64,000 nucleotides of DNA, taken from assembly GCA_964106915.2 (NCBI GenBank), contig OZ066919.1; one strand, written 5' to 3'. Position numbers and translations under genes: made by a program. The notes below the pieces were generated by a model. It had not been told where the DNA came from. It ran no database searches and was given only the letters and a program-made list of their open reading frames with translations. Source of the DNA: Podarcis gaigeae. Its lineage: Eukaryota. This document shows, one piece after another, positions 13,900 through 26,119 of this stretch (position 1 is the stretch's first letter; each line of letters begins with the position of its first letter).

Positions 13900-14586
13900 C
13901 TTGTGTTCAGCTTTATAAACCCCCAACATCAAGCTATAAAACATAGTATGGCATCTACAGTTGGGTCGCCTGTTTTTAAGCAGTAACTCTGTAAAATGAC
14001 TCATGGATTTATTTCATAAAACTTACACACCGCGTGGTTGTAAAGAAAAACCTCAAAGCAGTTTACTCAAACTGTGATGTATATGGGTGTGCATCTGTGA
14101 AATCTACAGTGCTAGGGGAGGGCTGGGGCCTGTATATTTGATACCTGCATGCTATTCCCCCTTTCGCAACAAATAGCAGCTTTGAGATGATACAGACTTG
14201 CAAAATAATATGGGGCAGGGGAATTTAACTCCTCTGCAAGCAGCATGGTCTGATTACACCCCTGTAGCTTCTTTTAAAAAACAACATGGGAGACCAATCA
14301 CAGTTCTCCTGCCTTCTTATCTAGTATCTTAAATAAATACAGAACATTATGAATGCAGATTAAGAAGGATGATGCTCTGGAGCCGCTCCCATTCATTTCA
14401 ATGGAGTGTAGTGGAGAACTCCTCAGAGGTTTATGCCCTAGATGCATATACTGTATAAATGTTGCTCCAAAATCAACACTGGAACTCCGACATTTCCTAA
14501 ATGTGTAGGCACAGGGATTCTTATTCAGATTTTATTTTTATTTTTTTAAAAAACTTAGTTATTGAGACTTGTTCAAAGCTATACAA

Positions 14587-15107
14587 AAATACATCAAGAC
14601 AAAAGCACACCAAGAACTCAGGCCAATATAACTTTCAATAGTGGGAGTGGTCCCTACTCACAATTCCATAGTCAACAGAAACAAAAACTAATCCATTCAG
14701 AAGTATGTATTATAATAAAGATTACAAACTCAAATAGAGATTACAGACTCTAACAGAGATTTCAAACTCAAAGAGATATGTATAAAACAATAATTCGTTA
14801 CAAAGATTTTCTCCTTTTCACTCGACAATAATGTTGATCCTCATAATTTATCAGCTTGTAGATAGAGACTCAGTTTCAGTCATTGAGCAGAAGTCAGTTA
14901 TGGATTGGAAACCAGAACAGGGCCCTGTTTTGATGTATTCACCTTCATCAGCTGGAAGTATCAAATATCACATGAAAATACATTTAAATTCTAAATTATC
15001 ATAAATTATAAAACAGTATTATATACCAATTGTGAGTAGGGACCACTCCCACTATTGAAACTTATATCGGCCTGAGTTCTTGGTGTGCTTTTGTCTTGGT
15101 ATATTTA
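14587..15107 (-). mobile_element. Penelope-like element remnant with inverted termini
   Basis: 79-bp inverted repeats (14587-14665 / 15028-15106, 4 mismatches), a 14-bp direct repeat atacaaaaatacat (14581-14594 / 15108-15121) and an internal hammerhead motif. Confidence 0.7.
14912..14955 (-). ncRNA. Minimal type-I hammerhead ribozyme motif with G12 mutated to A
   Basis: Minus strand reads ccag CTGATGA a ggtg aata catc aAAA cagggccctg TT ctgg. Confidence 0.7.
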
Positions 15108-15379
15108 ATACAAAAATACATACCCATTACAAGATCAGATTCGAGTCGGATGTACAGGTGCATCCAAATGATGTGTGATCACTGATGCACGGGCCCTTTT
15201 GGACTGGAGAAGGGAAGAACGGGGGCAGCAGGGGGTGGGGCATGCTTATGCATGCTCTGTTGATGCGCGCAGGGAGCAAGAACGGAGCCCCCACACAAAA
15301 TGGTCGTCTCCTGTATTCAATTTTCAATTGGTCTGAACTCACATAACCAAACATTGACCTATGTCCCCATTTCTATATA

Positions 15380-15636
15380 CAGTGGTACGTCTGGTTGCGA
15401 ACGGGATTCATTCCGGAGGCCCGTTCTCAACCTGAAAGGAACGCAACCCGCATCTGCACGTCTGGAGGTCACAATTTGCTGCTTCTGCGCATGTGTGTAA
15501 CATCATTTTGTGCCTCTTTTGTGCGCATGCGCAAGCGTTGAAACCTGGAAGTAACCCTTTCCGGTACTTCCGGGTCACCATGGGACGCAACGTGAAAATA
15601 CTCAACCTGAAGCAAACGTAACGTGAGGTATGGCTG
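15380..15636. mobile_element. Tc1/mariner (Tigger/pogo-like) MITE
   Basis: TA|cagtggtac...gaggtatggctg|TA; same family as 47655-47915. Confidence 0.8.
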
Positions 15637-16779
15637 TATGTCACACAGCGACAAATTACGGAACGGTGTTCAATTTGGTGTTTCATTTTACTCACTGAGT
15701 TAGCTAGCAGCCAACCAAGCAGGCTTCTCAGCAGAACAGACTAAGTAGGTTGTTGCCAACCTGCTTTAGAAAATGTTCATAAATGCATGTTGCCCTAACA
15801 TGCTCCCAGTTAAAACTGGTGTTCTTGAAGGTTCACACATGGGGCAGTTGTCATTCATGACCTTAAGGAGTCTGTGAAAATGACCTGCTTGGTATATTTG
15901 TGAAATGTTTGTTGCTCTCCTTCTGCTTGGTCTCCATGATGTTTATGAGGGAGATATGGTCGATTGTTCTTTTTGTTTACAAAGTTATTCCTGTTTGGAC
16001 CTTTTTTCATTTTGAAAAAGCATTTTACCTAGTTTGATCTTTGCATATTTATTATTGTGCTTTATAAGCCTGTAAAGTGTCTGGTTGTCAAGGAACTCCT
16101 TAAAATCCCTGTGAAGGACAATGAAATAAAATTTGCAGGGTGGGACTTGTGAGAAAGAACAGCTGTGCACTTTGAATTGTCTCTCTTCCAGGCTCTTTTT
16201 ATGAACAAAAGCATCCATTAAAGAGCCATAACAAATGTAAGTCCAATGCTTTATTCATCCATGGCACTCAGTGGGACTTATTTCTGAGTAAATCTACTTA
16301 TTTGCACTAGATTCATGCATCTGTGAATATCTTCATTCTGTTCAGCAAGCTTCAGTTTGATTTAAGGATGCAGTGGGTCTAATACAACATTGTGTGTCCC
16401 TTCTAGAATGAAATGGCTGTGTTACTGGCAACCTGCTGGCCAAAGCCAGCTTGACTTTGAGCTCCAGAGAAATGGAGAAGCTCTCAAGTCCTATAAAGTC
16501 AGGTCAGCTTTGTGTCCTTCCGCAGCTCTTTTGCAGTCTTCTAGTTCTAGGATTCCCTGTTCTTTACCAGGATAATTTAGTAGAATTGGAATTTTGGAAT
16601 TGCTGACAGAGTGGCATAATAAACTTAATAGATTATGACACCTTGCAAACTGGTGGGGGTGGGGCCTAATAACCATACAGCCGTAACCCTGAGGCAAAGA
16701 AAAAGAGTTAAGAGCAGGAAATTTTGAGCAGAAAAATAGCCAGTGAATAAAGGCTTAACCAACCATTGCTAAGGCTGCT

Positions 16780-16826
16780 AGAAAGACAGAAAGACAGAAA
16801 GACAGAAAGACAGAAAGACAGAAAGA
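16780..16826. repeat. (AGAAAGAC)n octamer repeat
   Basis: Five full units plus a partial unit. Confidence 0.95.
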
Positions 16827-17974
16827 AAGGGCTTAATGATTAATTAGTCCCAGTGGAAGTTAAATCAGCAGTCATACAATATCCTTTGGGACCAACTCAT
16901 CAAGTTATTATGATTCACTTAAGGTCTTTAGTGTGTCTCTGGTGTGACTTTATAAAAGCAGCTTTCTCCTCAGCAGCACAAGTCCATTTGTGCTACCAAA
17001 CCATCTTTTCTGGCCTGTCAAAATGCTAGTTTGTCCTGGAGGGGGACAAGAAACAGGTCCTTGAAATGACTTCATTGGCACTCAGCTTTGACACGGCTAC
17101 TGCTACGCTACTGTGTCACAGCTATCTGCCACGGCAGCGGCTTATGGTGAATTCCCTCACATCCTGTTGACTTTTACACTTTGGAGTTCAAGGCGGGGGG
17201 GGGGGGGATGGCAGGACTCAGGTTAATGAGAGGTGGAATTGGCACAAACGCTGCCCAGTGGCTTCATGCTTATGAAATTTTGACTCAAATTACGTCAGGA
17301 GCTGTAAACCAGCAAGTGGCATGGCCTAAGCTGCTGCGATCACTGTTGAATACATAGGAGAGGTGGCAGGAGGGGGCAGAAGTAGCCCTTACAATATTTA
17401 TTTAGAAAGTGCATCTTGTTTTCATTTGTAGGCAAGCGAATTACGAAGATTCATGTGGTATTTGTAAATGGAAAAAGCAACACCGCCCTTGTTATGAATA
17501 AAACTTATGAAACGTTTAAAGGAAAACAGCTTTTTTTTTTTAGCCGAGCCTCGTGGTTTAACCGCATGAAATGTGTCCACTCGCATGGACATTTGCCTTT
17601 GAATTGCTAATATTCCCATAGAACAAATGGCATGTATGGTCCAACTCACTTGAAATAAATTCAGGGCTTCGCATGTGGAAGGACCCAAGTTCAATCCCTG
17701 ACATATCAAAGCAGGACTATGAAAAAACCATGCCTAACACCAAAGCTGTTTGCTGGGTTCGTTAGTGCATGTGTGTTTGGGAAGCAGGATCAGGAACGGC
17801 CTCTTGAGCATATTTTTCAGGAAATAGGGCATGAGAACAGCAGGAGTTTTAGGAAAGAGCAGGTGGGGGAACACTTGTGTGAATCAATGTGTCTCGAGAA
17901 TAGCAAAAGAACAGCATACAGTGCTACAGAATACTTCTATACCAACAGCATACTTAACAGAGGGGCAAATGGGA

Positions 17975-18370
17975 ACCTGGGAAGGTAGGGCATCAAGAAG
18001 AAGGAAAATGATCCTAAACCTATGCTGCCTTGCAGCATATCTTTTGGAGAAGAAAAGGCTAAGGAGCAAACCCTACACACATCCAGAGTGGAGACCCTAA
18101 GATGGTTGGAAGGTGCCTTGTACGCCTCCTTCTGGCAACTCCTGCAGACAACTTGGTGTCAAATGTATTGCTCTGCTTTCCTGTGGACCACATCAGCAAG
18201 GGTGGGGTGGGGTGGGGGGTTGGTGATCCTGCCTTCTGGGCAGCTCAGGTCCTCCACACAGACTGCCCAGGCTTGTGCCCTGAGGAGGTCACCTTGGTGC
18301 CCCAACACAGTGGTTTGACTTCACCCAGGAGGCATACTTCATTGTCTCTCAAGACAGATGGATGCCAACA
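17975..18370 (+). mobile_element. 5'-truncated second copy of the non-autonomous RTE-type element
   Basis: Colinear homology with ~26245-26620 (e.g. ggtgccttgtacg, ccttctggcaactcctgcag, ggaccacatcagcaag, gatggatgccaaca). Confidence 0.8.
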
Positions 18371-19523
18371 GGCTTGCACTGTTTACCAAGCCTAACGAAA
18401 CCTGGTCGGACTACAGGGTACTTTACAATCACCTGCTTCTGCAGTCCTAGGCAGGCATCAAAACAGGGCAGGTATTGAGTCTTTGTTGGTCTTGATTGTT
18501 GATTCAGCTTGGTAGGTCACAAGTAGTGAAGACTTTTCCAGTATCTGAAAAATCTTGTCACAGTGTTAACTTAAGTCAATGCACCTCCTTAGAGCATTGA
18601 GGAGAATATGAGAATTCATGAGGTCCTTTGCCCAGTATCTGTCTTTGCCCATGATATTAGTTTGATAAATGTTTGTGTGTGAGAGAAAATTCATACACGA
18701 AAAAAGCCTTTGCCTTTATCCTGGTTTCCACGACTTATGACATGCTTATCTTGACTGTATTCAAAATTCACCTTGCCAAGCCTAGATATCATGATTTGGA
18801 AATGATGCATTTTGTCCTGGCAGCATCTTGGGTCTAGCATTTCATTCTGATAAACATCAGAGATAAACATCAGAGAAATATAGCTAAGGGAAATAAGAAG
18901 AGCTGATTATAACTCAGTATGAAGTTTTGTGTGACAAGTTCCATTCATTGTGAGAACTCTTTGTTTCTTGCAAATGAGCTCTTTTGAATGCTGCTCTCCT
19001 GCAGAGTGCAATGTGCGTATCATCCATCAAAGCAAGAGTCAACGAAGGAAATGAGGACAGTTGATAACATGTTTCTTATGATAATGCCATTTTTCCATGA
19101 TTACCAAAGGCCAAAACTTATATATTCGAGGGAAAATGTTATGTTTTGAAAAACATTCAGAACTTCCCACACAATTTAGAGCTGAACTATTACAGAGAGC
19201 TGGGGGCATGGGAAGGTGTCTCCAGGACTAAAGTCACACAGGCAAAAGAAAGAAAGAAAAAAGGATTATGGGATGTTTTGTGTAGGAACTTTCCAGAGCA
19301 GAAAACAAACCAAGAGGATTATTTCCAGTACCAAGTACACACACATTGTCATCTTTCTTTTCTCTTCCCCAAACATATTATTGAACAAAGAACTAGTGTG
19401 ACATTAGAAATTCCCATATTTTCCAATGGCAGCTCAGCAACATACCTATACCCATGTATTGTTGGTTGTGTAATGGACTGCCTGTCATGGATTTTGGAAG
19501 CATTAAACTATCCTAGTATATTG

Positions 19524-20127
19524 CAATTCTGGGCTGCATCAATAGGAGTATAGCATCTAGATCAAGGGAAGTAATAGTGCCACTGTATTCTGCTCTGGTC
19601 AGACCTCACCTGGAGTACTGTGTCCAGTTCTGGGCACCACAGTTCAAGAAGGACACTGGCAAACTGGAACGTGTCCAGAGGAGGGCAACCAAAATGGTCA
19701 AAGACCTGGAAACGATGCCTTACGAGGAACGGCTAAGGGAGCTGGGCATGTTTAGTCTGGAGAAGAAGAGGTTAAGGGGTGATATGATAGCCATGTTCAA
19801 ATTTATAAAAGGATGTCACATAGAGGAGGGAGAAAGGTTGTTTTCTGCTGCTCCAGAGAAGCAGACACGGAGCAATGGATCCAAACTACAAGAAAGAAGA
19901 TTCCACCTAAACATTAGGAAGAACTTCCTGAGAGTAAGAGCTGTTCGACAGTGGAATTTCCTGCCAAGGAGTGTGGTGGAGTCTCCTTCTTTGGAGGTCT
20001 TTAAGCAGAGGCTTGACAACCATATGTCAGGAGTGCTCTGATGGTGTTTCCTGCTTGGCAGGGGGTTGGACTCGATGGCCCTTGTGGTCTCTTCCAACTC
20101 TATGATTCTATGATTCTATGGTTCTAT
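19524..20127 (+). mobile_element. CR1 LINE 3' end, young
   Basis: Open 154-aa ORF2 C-terminus ([19 protein letters not shown]...), (attctatg)n tail and a 7-bp TSD tatattg (19517-19523 / 20125-20131). Confidence 0.95.
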
Positions 20128-20203
20128 ATTGGCTAGACATAGTATCAGGCTAGAGCATTATGGGAAATTAAAATGGCAGACTTGCATTCCCACAATTCCT
20201 TGG

Positions 20204-20461
20204 TGAAATATACTCAGAGTCGAGAGTGGATTTCATGCTCTTTATTCAGCACATAGTGGTGAGGAGAAATGGAAGTTCCCCCAGAATGTCTGCCTTAAAT
20301 ACATTATTTACACAATGGGCCCCACATGATTGGCTAATTCTGGGATTCACCTGTAGGCCAATCAGGTTGTGGATTCACTTCCACCTGGAGCTGGATTGGG
20401 TGGCTCCTGTGGACCAATCAGACTGCTGCATTTTGGATCCTATTCAACTCAGTACTTAACA
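20204..20461 (-). mobile_element. Solo LTR
   Basis: TG...CA ends with a short terminal inverted repeat, several CCAAT boxes, AATAAA on the minus strand and a 5-bp TSD cttgg/cctgg. Confidence 0.7.
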
Positions 20462-21557
20462 CCTGGGATGATGCTACCAGTGGATCCTGAGATCTACGGA
20501 TGTAGGACAGTATACAAATTTAATAAATAATGATAATAATCTTTCCTAGATGCTGGAACCTGGGTGTTGATGTTGGTCCTGGTCCTACCATTATAGGGTC
20601 TGGAAGCAACGAATGGGAATCCAAGATCCCAGTTCCTTTATAGTGTTAAAATTTCTAAAGTCAGCTTTCAATGTTAGCAGCTGAAGTCAAGCGTTAAATC
20701 TGTGCCATAGCATGTGCAGTGTGTTTCTGCAAAGCTGGCAAAAAGTAGAAAGAGTAAAGCCAGTTCAGAACACAGTTCACGGACAGAAATAATTAGGCAG
20801 GCTCACAGCCAAAGGAGCATGCTCAGCGAGCAGGAGGACGAAGCAAGCCCAGAGTTAAATGGGAGCAGCTTTGCACATCCACAAAGAAGCTCTGAAGGAG
20901 AATGTACAAGAGCGTATTCTCGTCTTTCCTTTTTTTGTGTAATGTGTGAAACAGCAACCTAGGCAGATTCCTAACTCATGGGATGGAGGGTAGGAAGAGA
21001 TGCATTTTTGTTTTGTTTTGAATTAAAATGTAAAAGCATCTGCAGCTCAGTTCATAAGAATTCTCCAAATGGAGAACAATTTCAGGCAGTGTAAAAACAA
21101 TTAAACAGCAATAAACAAAACATAACAACAACAATGCCTTCTTCAACTAGCAGGAGGAGCAACACACAGCTCAGGCAAACTATCATTGTGCTCCTCATGA
21201 AATGCTTGCCTGAATGAAGACAAGAAAGCAAGGGACACCAAGAACTCAAAATGCTCTTTTAGCTGTTGTTATTTTATTATTATTTATTAATTTATATGCC
21301 ACTTAATGCCACAATAGGGTTCCAAGTGGTTTACATGTATAAAAACTGGGGTTTTGCACCAGACCCCATTGGGGCACAAACTAGGTCCTGTAAGCACCCA
21401 GGGTTCCAGATCCTGTGGAAGTCTATGAGTGCAGAGGCCTGTATGTGTAAGTTTCCCCAGCTCAATTCATGCTCAATGTGTGGACCAAGGAATCTTCACA
21501 ACCATAGTTTTGGACCAGTGATGTGATCCCACTGGCCCTTTTGATGGGTTAATGGTC

Positions 21558-21807
21558 CAGGGGTCAGGAAACTTTTTCAGCAGGAGGGCGGTCCACTGTC
21601 CCTCAGACCTTGTGGGTGGCCGGACTATATTTTGAAGAAAAAAATGAACGAATTCCTATGCCCCACAAATAACCCAGAGATGCATTTTAAATAAAAGGGC
21701 ACATTCTACTCATGTAAAAACACGCTGATTCCTGGACCATCCGCAGGCCGGATTGAGAAGGCAATTGGGCCGGATCCGGACCCTGGGCCTTAGTTTGCCT
21801 ACCCATG
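21558..21807. mobile_element. hAT/Charlie-like MITE
   Basis: TIR caggggtcaggaaact/agtttgcctacccatg and ggccgga subterminal repeats; no clean TSD. Confidence 0.7.
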
Positions 21808-23746
21808 GGTTAACCCCTTCATTTGATTAACACTTGAAGAGAGCTTGTATCTTTCAATTTATTCCCTCTCATTCCTGACATCTGGAAGTCATTCAAGGAT
21901 GACACCACAACACCTGGTTCAGAAGGAAAGCAGAGGTAGAACTGGACGCCAGTAGCTTACTAACGGCAGCCCAAAATTCTGGATGACTTTTCACAGGTAT
22001 TCTATGTGAATGTGAAGTGAAAAACTGTGAGAGAGAAAATATATACCCACAAGAAAGCAGCCTCATTCCCTGCACCTCTTCTTGGAATTGACCATTTCTA
22101 TTCCAAAGGATACCACGGCTAATGACATTGAAAGCCACCGAGAAGTCCAGGAGAACTCACAACATCACATAACCCTGTCTTTCCTACAGATGGACAGATG
22201 GTTATCATTAAGGGCAACCAAGGCAGTTTCAGGCAGAAGACAGATTTAAATGGACCTAGATAATTAACATTCATCTGAAGATTTATAGCCCACTTTTCAG
22301 GCCACACTGTCCTCACAAGGTGGATTGCATAAAGCAGGGCAGTCAATTTGGCACCATCCAGATGTTCTTGGCTACGACTCCTACTATCCCTGATCTTTAG
22401 ACCTACTAACTAGTGCTGGCAGGAGCTATTGTCCAACAACAACTGGAGGGCACAACGTTGGCAACCCTGAAATAAAGCTTTAAGCTCATAAAAACAAAAA
22501 TTCCAAAGAAACCATTAATTTCAAACCACCAGGAGCTATTTTTTTTCAAGCACAGCATATTGATTAATCAAACACAGACAGGAATAATAACGTATTGAGT
22601 TTTCTTAAAAACAACAAGAGAGCAAGCCATATGTATTTCCCTGCAGAATTCCAAAGGTATGGGGGTCACCACTAAGAAGGTCCTGCTTTTGATATGCCCA
22701 CTCTTACCGGTGGACTGACAAACAGGAACTCAGAAGTTGATCTCAATACTCAGAATTTATGAGCCTGCTTGTCATACAAGATGATGTGGAGCTGCTCAAT
22801 CAACTTGTAAAAGAGGGGGGAATGGAAAAGGTTTTGTAATTCCTCAAGTAAAGGGCACAATGGTTAAAGAACTGCTGCCCCAGCTTGGGTAGCTCAATGC
22901 AATGTTTGAAAGCCTTCTTTTAAGAAGAATAGATTGAAAGATGAATTCAAAATTTTTCACCCTGAAATGTTTCCTGACATCATAAGGGCTCTGAAAAGGA
23001 AATTTCAAGTGAGGATATATGGCTCAGATATTCCACTCTGCTTGGACAGAATAATGAAACACTTTTTGTTGTGATTTATGAGCATGGAAAATTGACTCCA
23101 GACTTTCTGAAAGCCTTGAAACTACTCTAATCTAGCCCAAAGCTGTCAGCTTGGTTATGTCTCCCTGAATAAGATGATAAAAACACTCAGATCTGATATG
23201 TGCGGACTCAGCCTAGGCAGAGTTAGGCAGGCTTAAGCCCACTGAAAACAGTGGGTTTAGGGGTGCCTAACTGAATAGGATTGCAAGCCTCCATACTATA
23301 TTTACTCATCTGGATCCAGTGGAATCATATCTCCATGTAACAGTCAATAAGTAATATTGTCTTCTGGATAAGTGTGCATATTTGTACTGCAATAGAAAGA
23401 AAGCAAGATTGTGCTATTGGCTTATGGGGAGACTCAGGTGGAGTGGGAAACAGACACAGGTGGGCAAACAGGAGGGGAGGGTATCCCTCTCCTAAGCCCC
23501 TTTTCTAGTGGGCAACTTGCAGTAGCAGTCCTTCACTTACCATTGCTTGTTACTTGTGGTAATATTGGCCCAAGACACACAACTAAATTCCAGAAAGCAC
23601 TTGCAACAACAGTGGATGTGCTAACTATGAGAAGAAGACATTTTATGACTTGACCAAATCTTTCCATTTAATTACCGGGGGGAAATGAGAAGTTCTTAGA
23701 GCAAAAACAGTGCCTTGAGGGAGTTTGCCCGGATACCATACTACGT

Positions 23747-23910
23747 AAGAACTCAAGAAGAGCACCACTGAGTCAGACCAAAGGTCAGTTGAGTCCAACA
23801 TCCTGTTTTACAAAATGGCCAGTCAGATGCCTTTTGGGAATCTGACCCCACAAGCAGGCCATGAGGGAAACAGCCCCCTCTTGCTATTGCTCCCTAGCTT
23901 ACTGCCACTG
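23747..23910 (-). mobile_element. Old CR1-like 3' end of a second family
   Basis: tcagaccaaaggtc...gtccaacatcctgttt; related copies at ~42240-42425 (-), ~48990-49170 (+) and ~57805-57977 (+). Confidence 0.55.
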
Positions 23911-24055
23911 AAGGGATGAGTTCAAAACTGGGCTGGTATTGTTGAGCTTGTAATTATCTGTATAGAATCTGCTGCACTTACAAAGGCTACAAATAATGTG
24001 CGCCTTTATTGTAAGCTGAGCCCATTCTCACCACCTTGTTTTTCCTCTGCTTCAG

Positions 24056-24106
24056 ATTGAAAACTGAGCTGGAGAAGAACTGGGCAGTAATGGCTGTGAG
24101 GGAAAG
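24056..24106 (+). other. Candidate 51-nt exon of an unidentified host gene
   Basis: Branch-like ctcac, a strong pyrimidine tract ending ttcag, donor AAG|gtaggc and a single open frame LKTELEKNWAVMAVRE. Confidence 0.35.
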
Positions 24107-24409
24107 GTAGGCCTATCTCGCCACCTTATTCCATGTTTTAAATGGTCCTACAACTGTGTTCCTAGCAGCTAGAATGCCTCTCTTTATCTCCCCTCCTTCC
24201 CCAGCACCCAGTTAAACTTCATTCTGAGGGAAGGGAAAGAGAAGAGGAGGAACAGAAAGAGAGGTCACCGGAGGCATTGCATCTCCAATGATGCCTTGTG
24301 CGAGTGATTTATAGCAGAACCCCAAGTGCCATGTAAGGAGTGGGAGGAAGAGAAAAATGGAGGGGTACAGAGGGTAGTGAGCAGACTTTCTCCTTAGTGT
24401 TATGTTGTT

Positions 24410-24720
24410 GTTAATTACATTTCTATACTGCCCATCATCTGAGGATCACAGGGTAGTATAAAAACACAAAAATACATAACATAGTAACAAACAAAAACAA
24501 TTACCCCCAGTTAAAAGGCCATACACAGTGTTTAATTGGCCAAAGGCTTGAGAGAAGAGGAATGTTTTTGCCTGGCACCTAAATATATGTAATAAAGGTG
24601 CCAGGTGAGCCTCGCTGGGGAGAGCATTTCACAAGTGGGGAGCCACCACAGAAAAGGTCTGTTCTTGTGTTGCCACCTCCGGACCTCTCATGGAGGAGGC
24701 ACATGAAGAAGGGCCTCAGA
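24410..24720 (-). mobile_element. L2-like LINE 3' end
   Basis: Reverse complement matches the 12093-12802 flanks; a similar tail is at 57085-57180 (+). Confidence 0.65.
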
Positions 24721-25419
24721 TAAGCTGCTGCTTTTTAATAATAATAATAAATGCTCTGGGAGTATACTCCATCTAGGTGTATAATGTCAACTTTTATTGT
24801 TTCACTATTGCTTTGAACATGTTCTGGCTCAAGAAGGACTCATAAGTTGGTATTTAGTTATACCAGAACCATGGGAATGTTAATGTACACAGATCTACTT
24901 GCCTCATTGGGATGTTGTGAGGATTAGTGAAAACCTGCTTCATAAATGTTAAGTAATATTGCTTTAATAGTTACAAGAATAATGCTGGTTCAAATTTATT
25001 AGTTGGAAGGGCTTTTTTTCATTTGGTAGGAAATGGGTTTTGGGAAATGAAAAATGAAACACTATGTAAATGAGAAACATTATGGTGATGATGATGTTTT
25101 AAAATCTGGTTTTAATAGTGGGTACTGTAATTGTCAAAAACGTCTGCTTTCCCCCCTACTCCCACAAATCCATATGAGGCTCCATAAAAAAAGGCTGATT
25201 AAATTACCCTTGCCATTTATTTTGTTCCTCACCAAAGTTTCATCCAATATGTTTGCATTTGAGCTAGTGTGGTCCAGAATATAATGTTGGAATTATACCA
25301 GGGAGGGTTCAGTCTTAGCTCATTTATGGACTCCATGGATTTATTCTGAACACACAAGCTCTCTCATGTGTATATGCAGTGCTAGTCTTTGCTTGTGCTT
25401 TTCATAATTTTCTTTTATT

Positions 25420-25470
25420 TAAATCACAGAATTGTACAGTTGGAAGGGACTGTAGGGTCATCTAGTCCAT
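25420..25470 (-). mobile_element. CR1-type 3' tail stub
   Basis: agaattgtacagttggaagggac...ggtcatctagtcca is the reverse complement of a CR1 tail. Confidence 0.6.
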
Positions 25471-25606
25471 CAAATCTTCCTACATAGGCCACACCCATTT
25501 GTTTTCCAAAAGGAGTCATATGGGGGGGTCAAGACAAGGGATGTTAAGCCTCACCCAACCATTTTCTCCACTCAAAAGGCCTACTTTGTGAAGCTGCTTT
25601 GTGGTA

Positions 25607-25660
<54 letters not shown>
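25607..25660. repeat. (ATT)18 microsatellite
   Basis: Direct reading. Confidence 0.97.
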
Positions 25661-25937
25661 TGAACAAATAGCATCTTGGAGATAGGGTAAGGAATTTTTG
25701 GTAGCAAAACTGAAGAAAGAAGAGGGCTGTTGAGAAATGGCATTTCTACCCAAAATCAGCAGAAATGAGACTCAAACAAGCAAAAAAACATTTTTGTGCA
25801 TGAATTTATCAAACCTAATTCTGTTTCATTTAGAGAATCCCTTGTAAAAGAGAGTAGAAGGGTGCTTGCCTGAGGGCATTGGCTAATTACTTACTGTGAA
25901 AGCTGGCAGCTGTTTTTAAACTGATTGCCAACACAAT

Positions 25938-26119
25938 AGGGTGCATGGGATATTAGGGGAGCGATAGTACAACTGGTGGGGCTCAAAATATGCTCCTTTG
26001 TCCACCTTTGGTCCTCACTCTGCGCTCAGCTCTCACCTGTGGCTCCTAGAAGCTGTCAGCATGCGACAGCAGCCACACCCTTAGAGCGGCTTCAACTGGC
26101 AGGCTAAACCAGGTCAGGG
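25938..26119 (+). ncRNA. Putative degenerate HDV-like ribozyme at the element 5' end
   Basis: P1 agggtgc/acaccct, P2 ctctcacctgt/accaggtcaggg, P3 ggc/gcc, L3 starting tcc, J4/2 gctaa. The P1.1 GG is absent. Confidence 0.5.

Noticed and set aside
25516-25753. Poly-Ile and poly-Asn ORFs
   Set aside because: Translations of the (ATT)n microsatellite.
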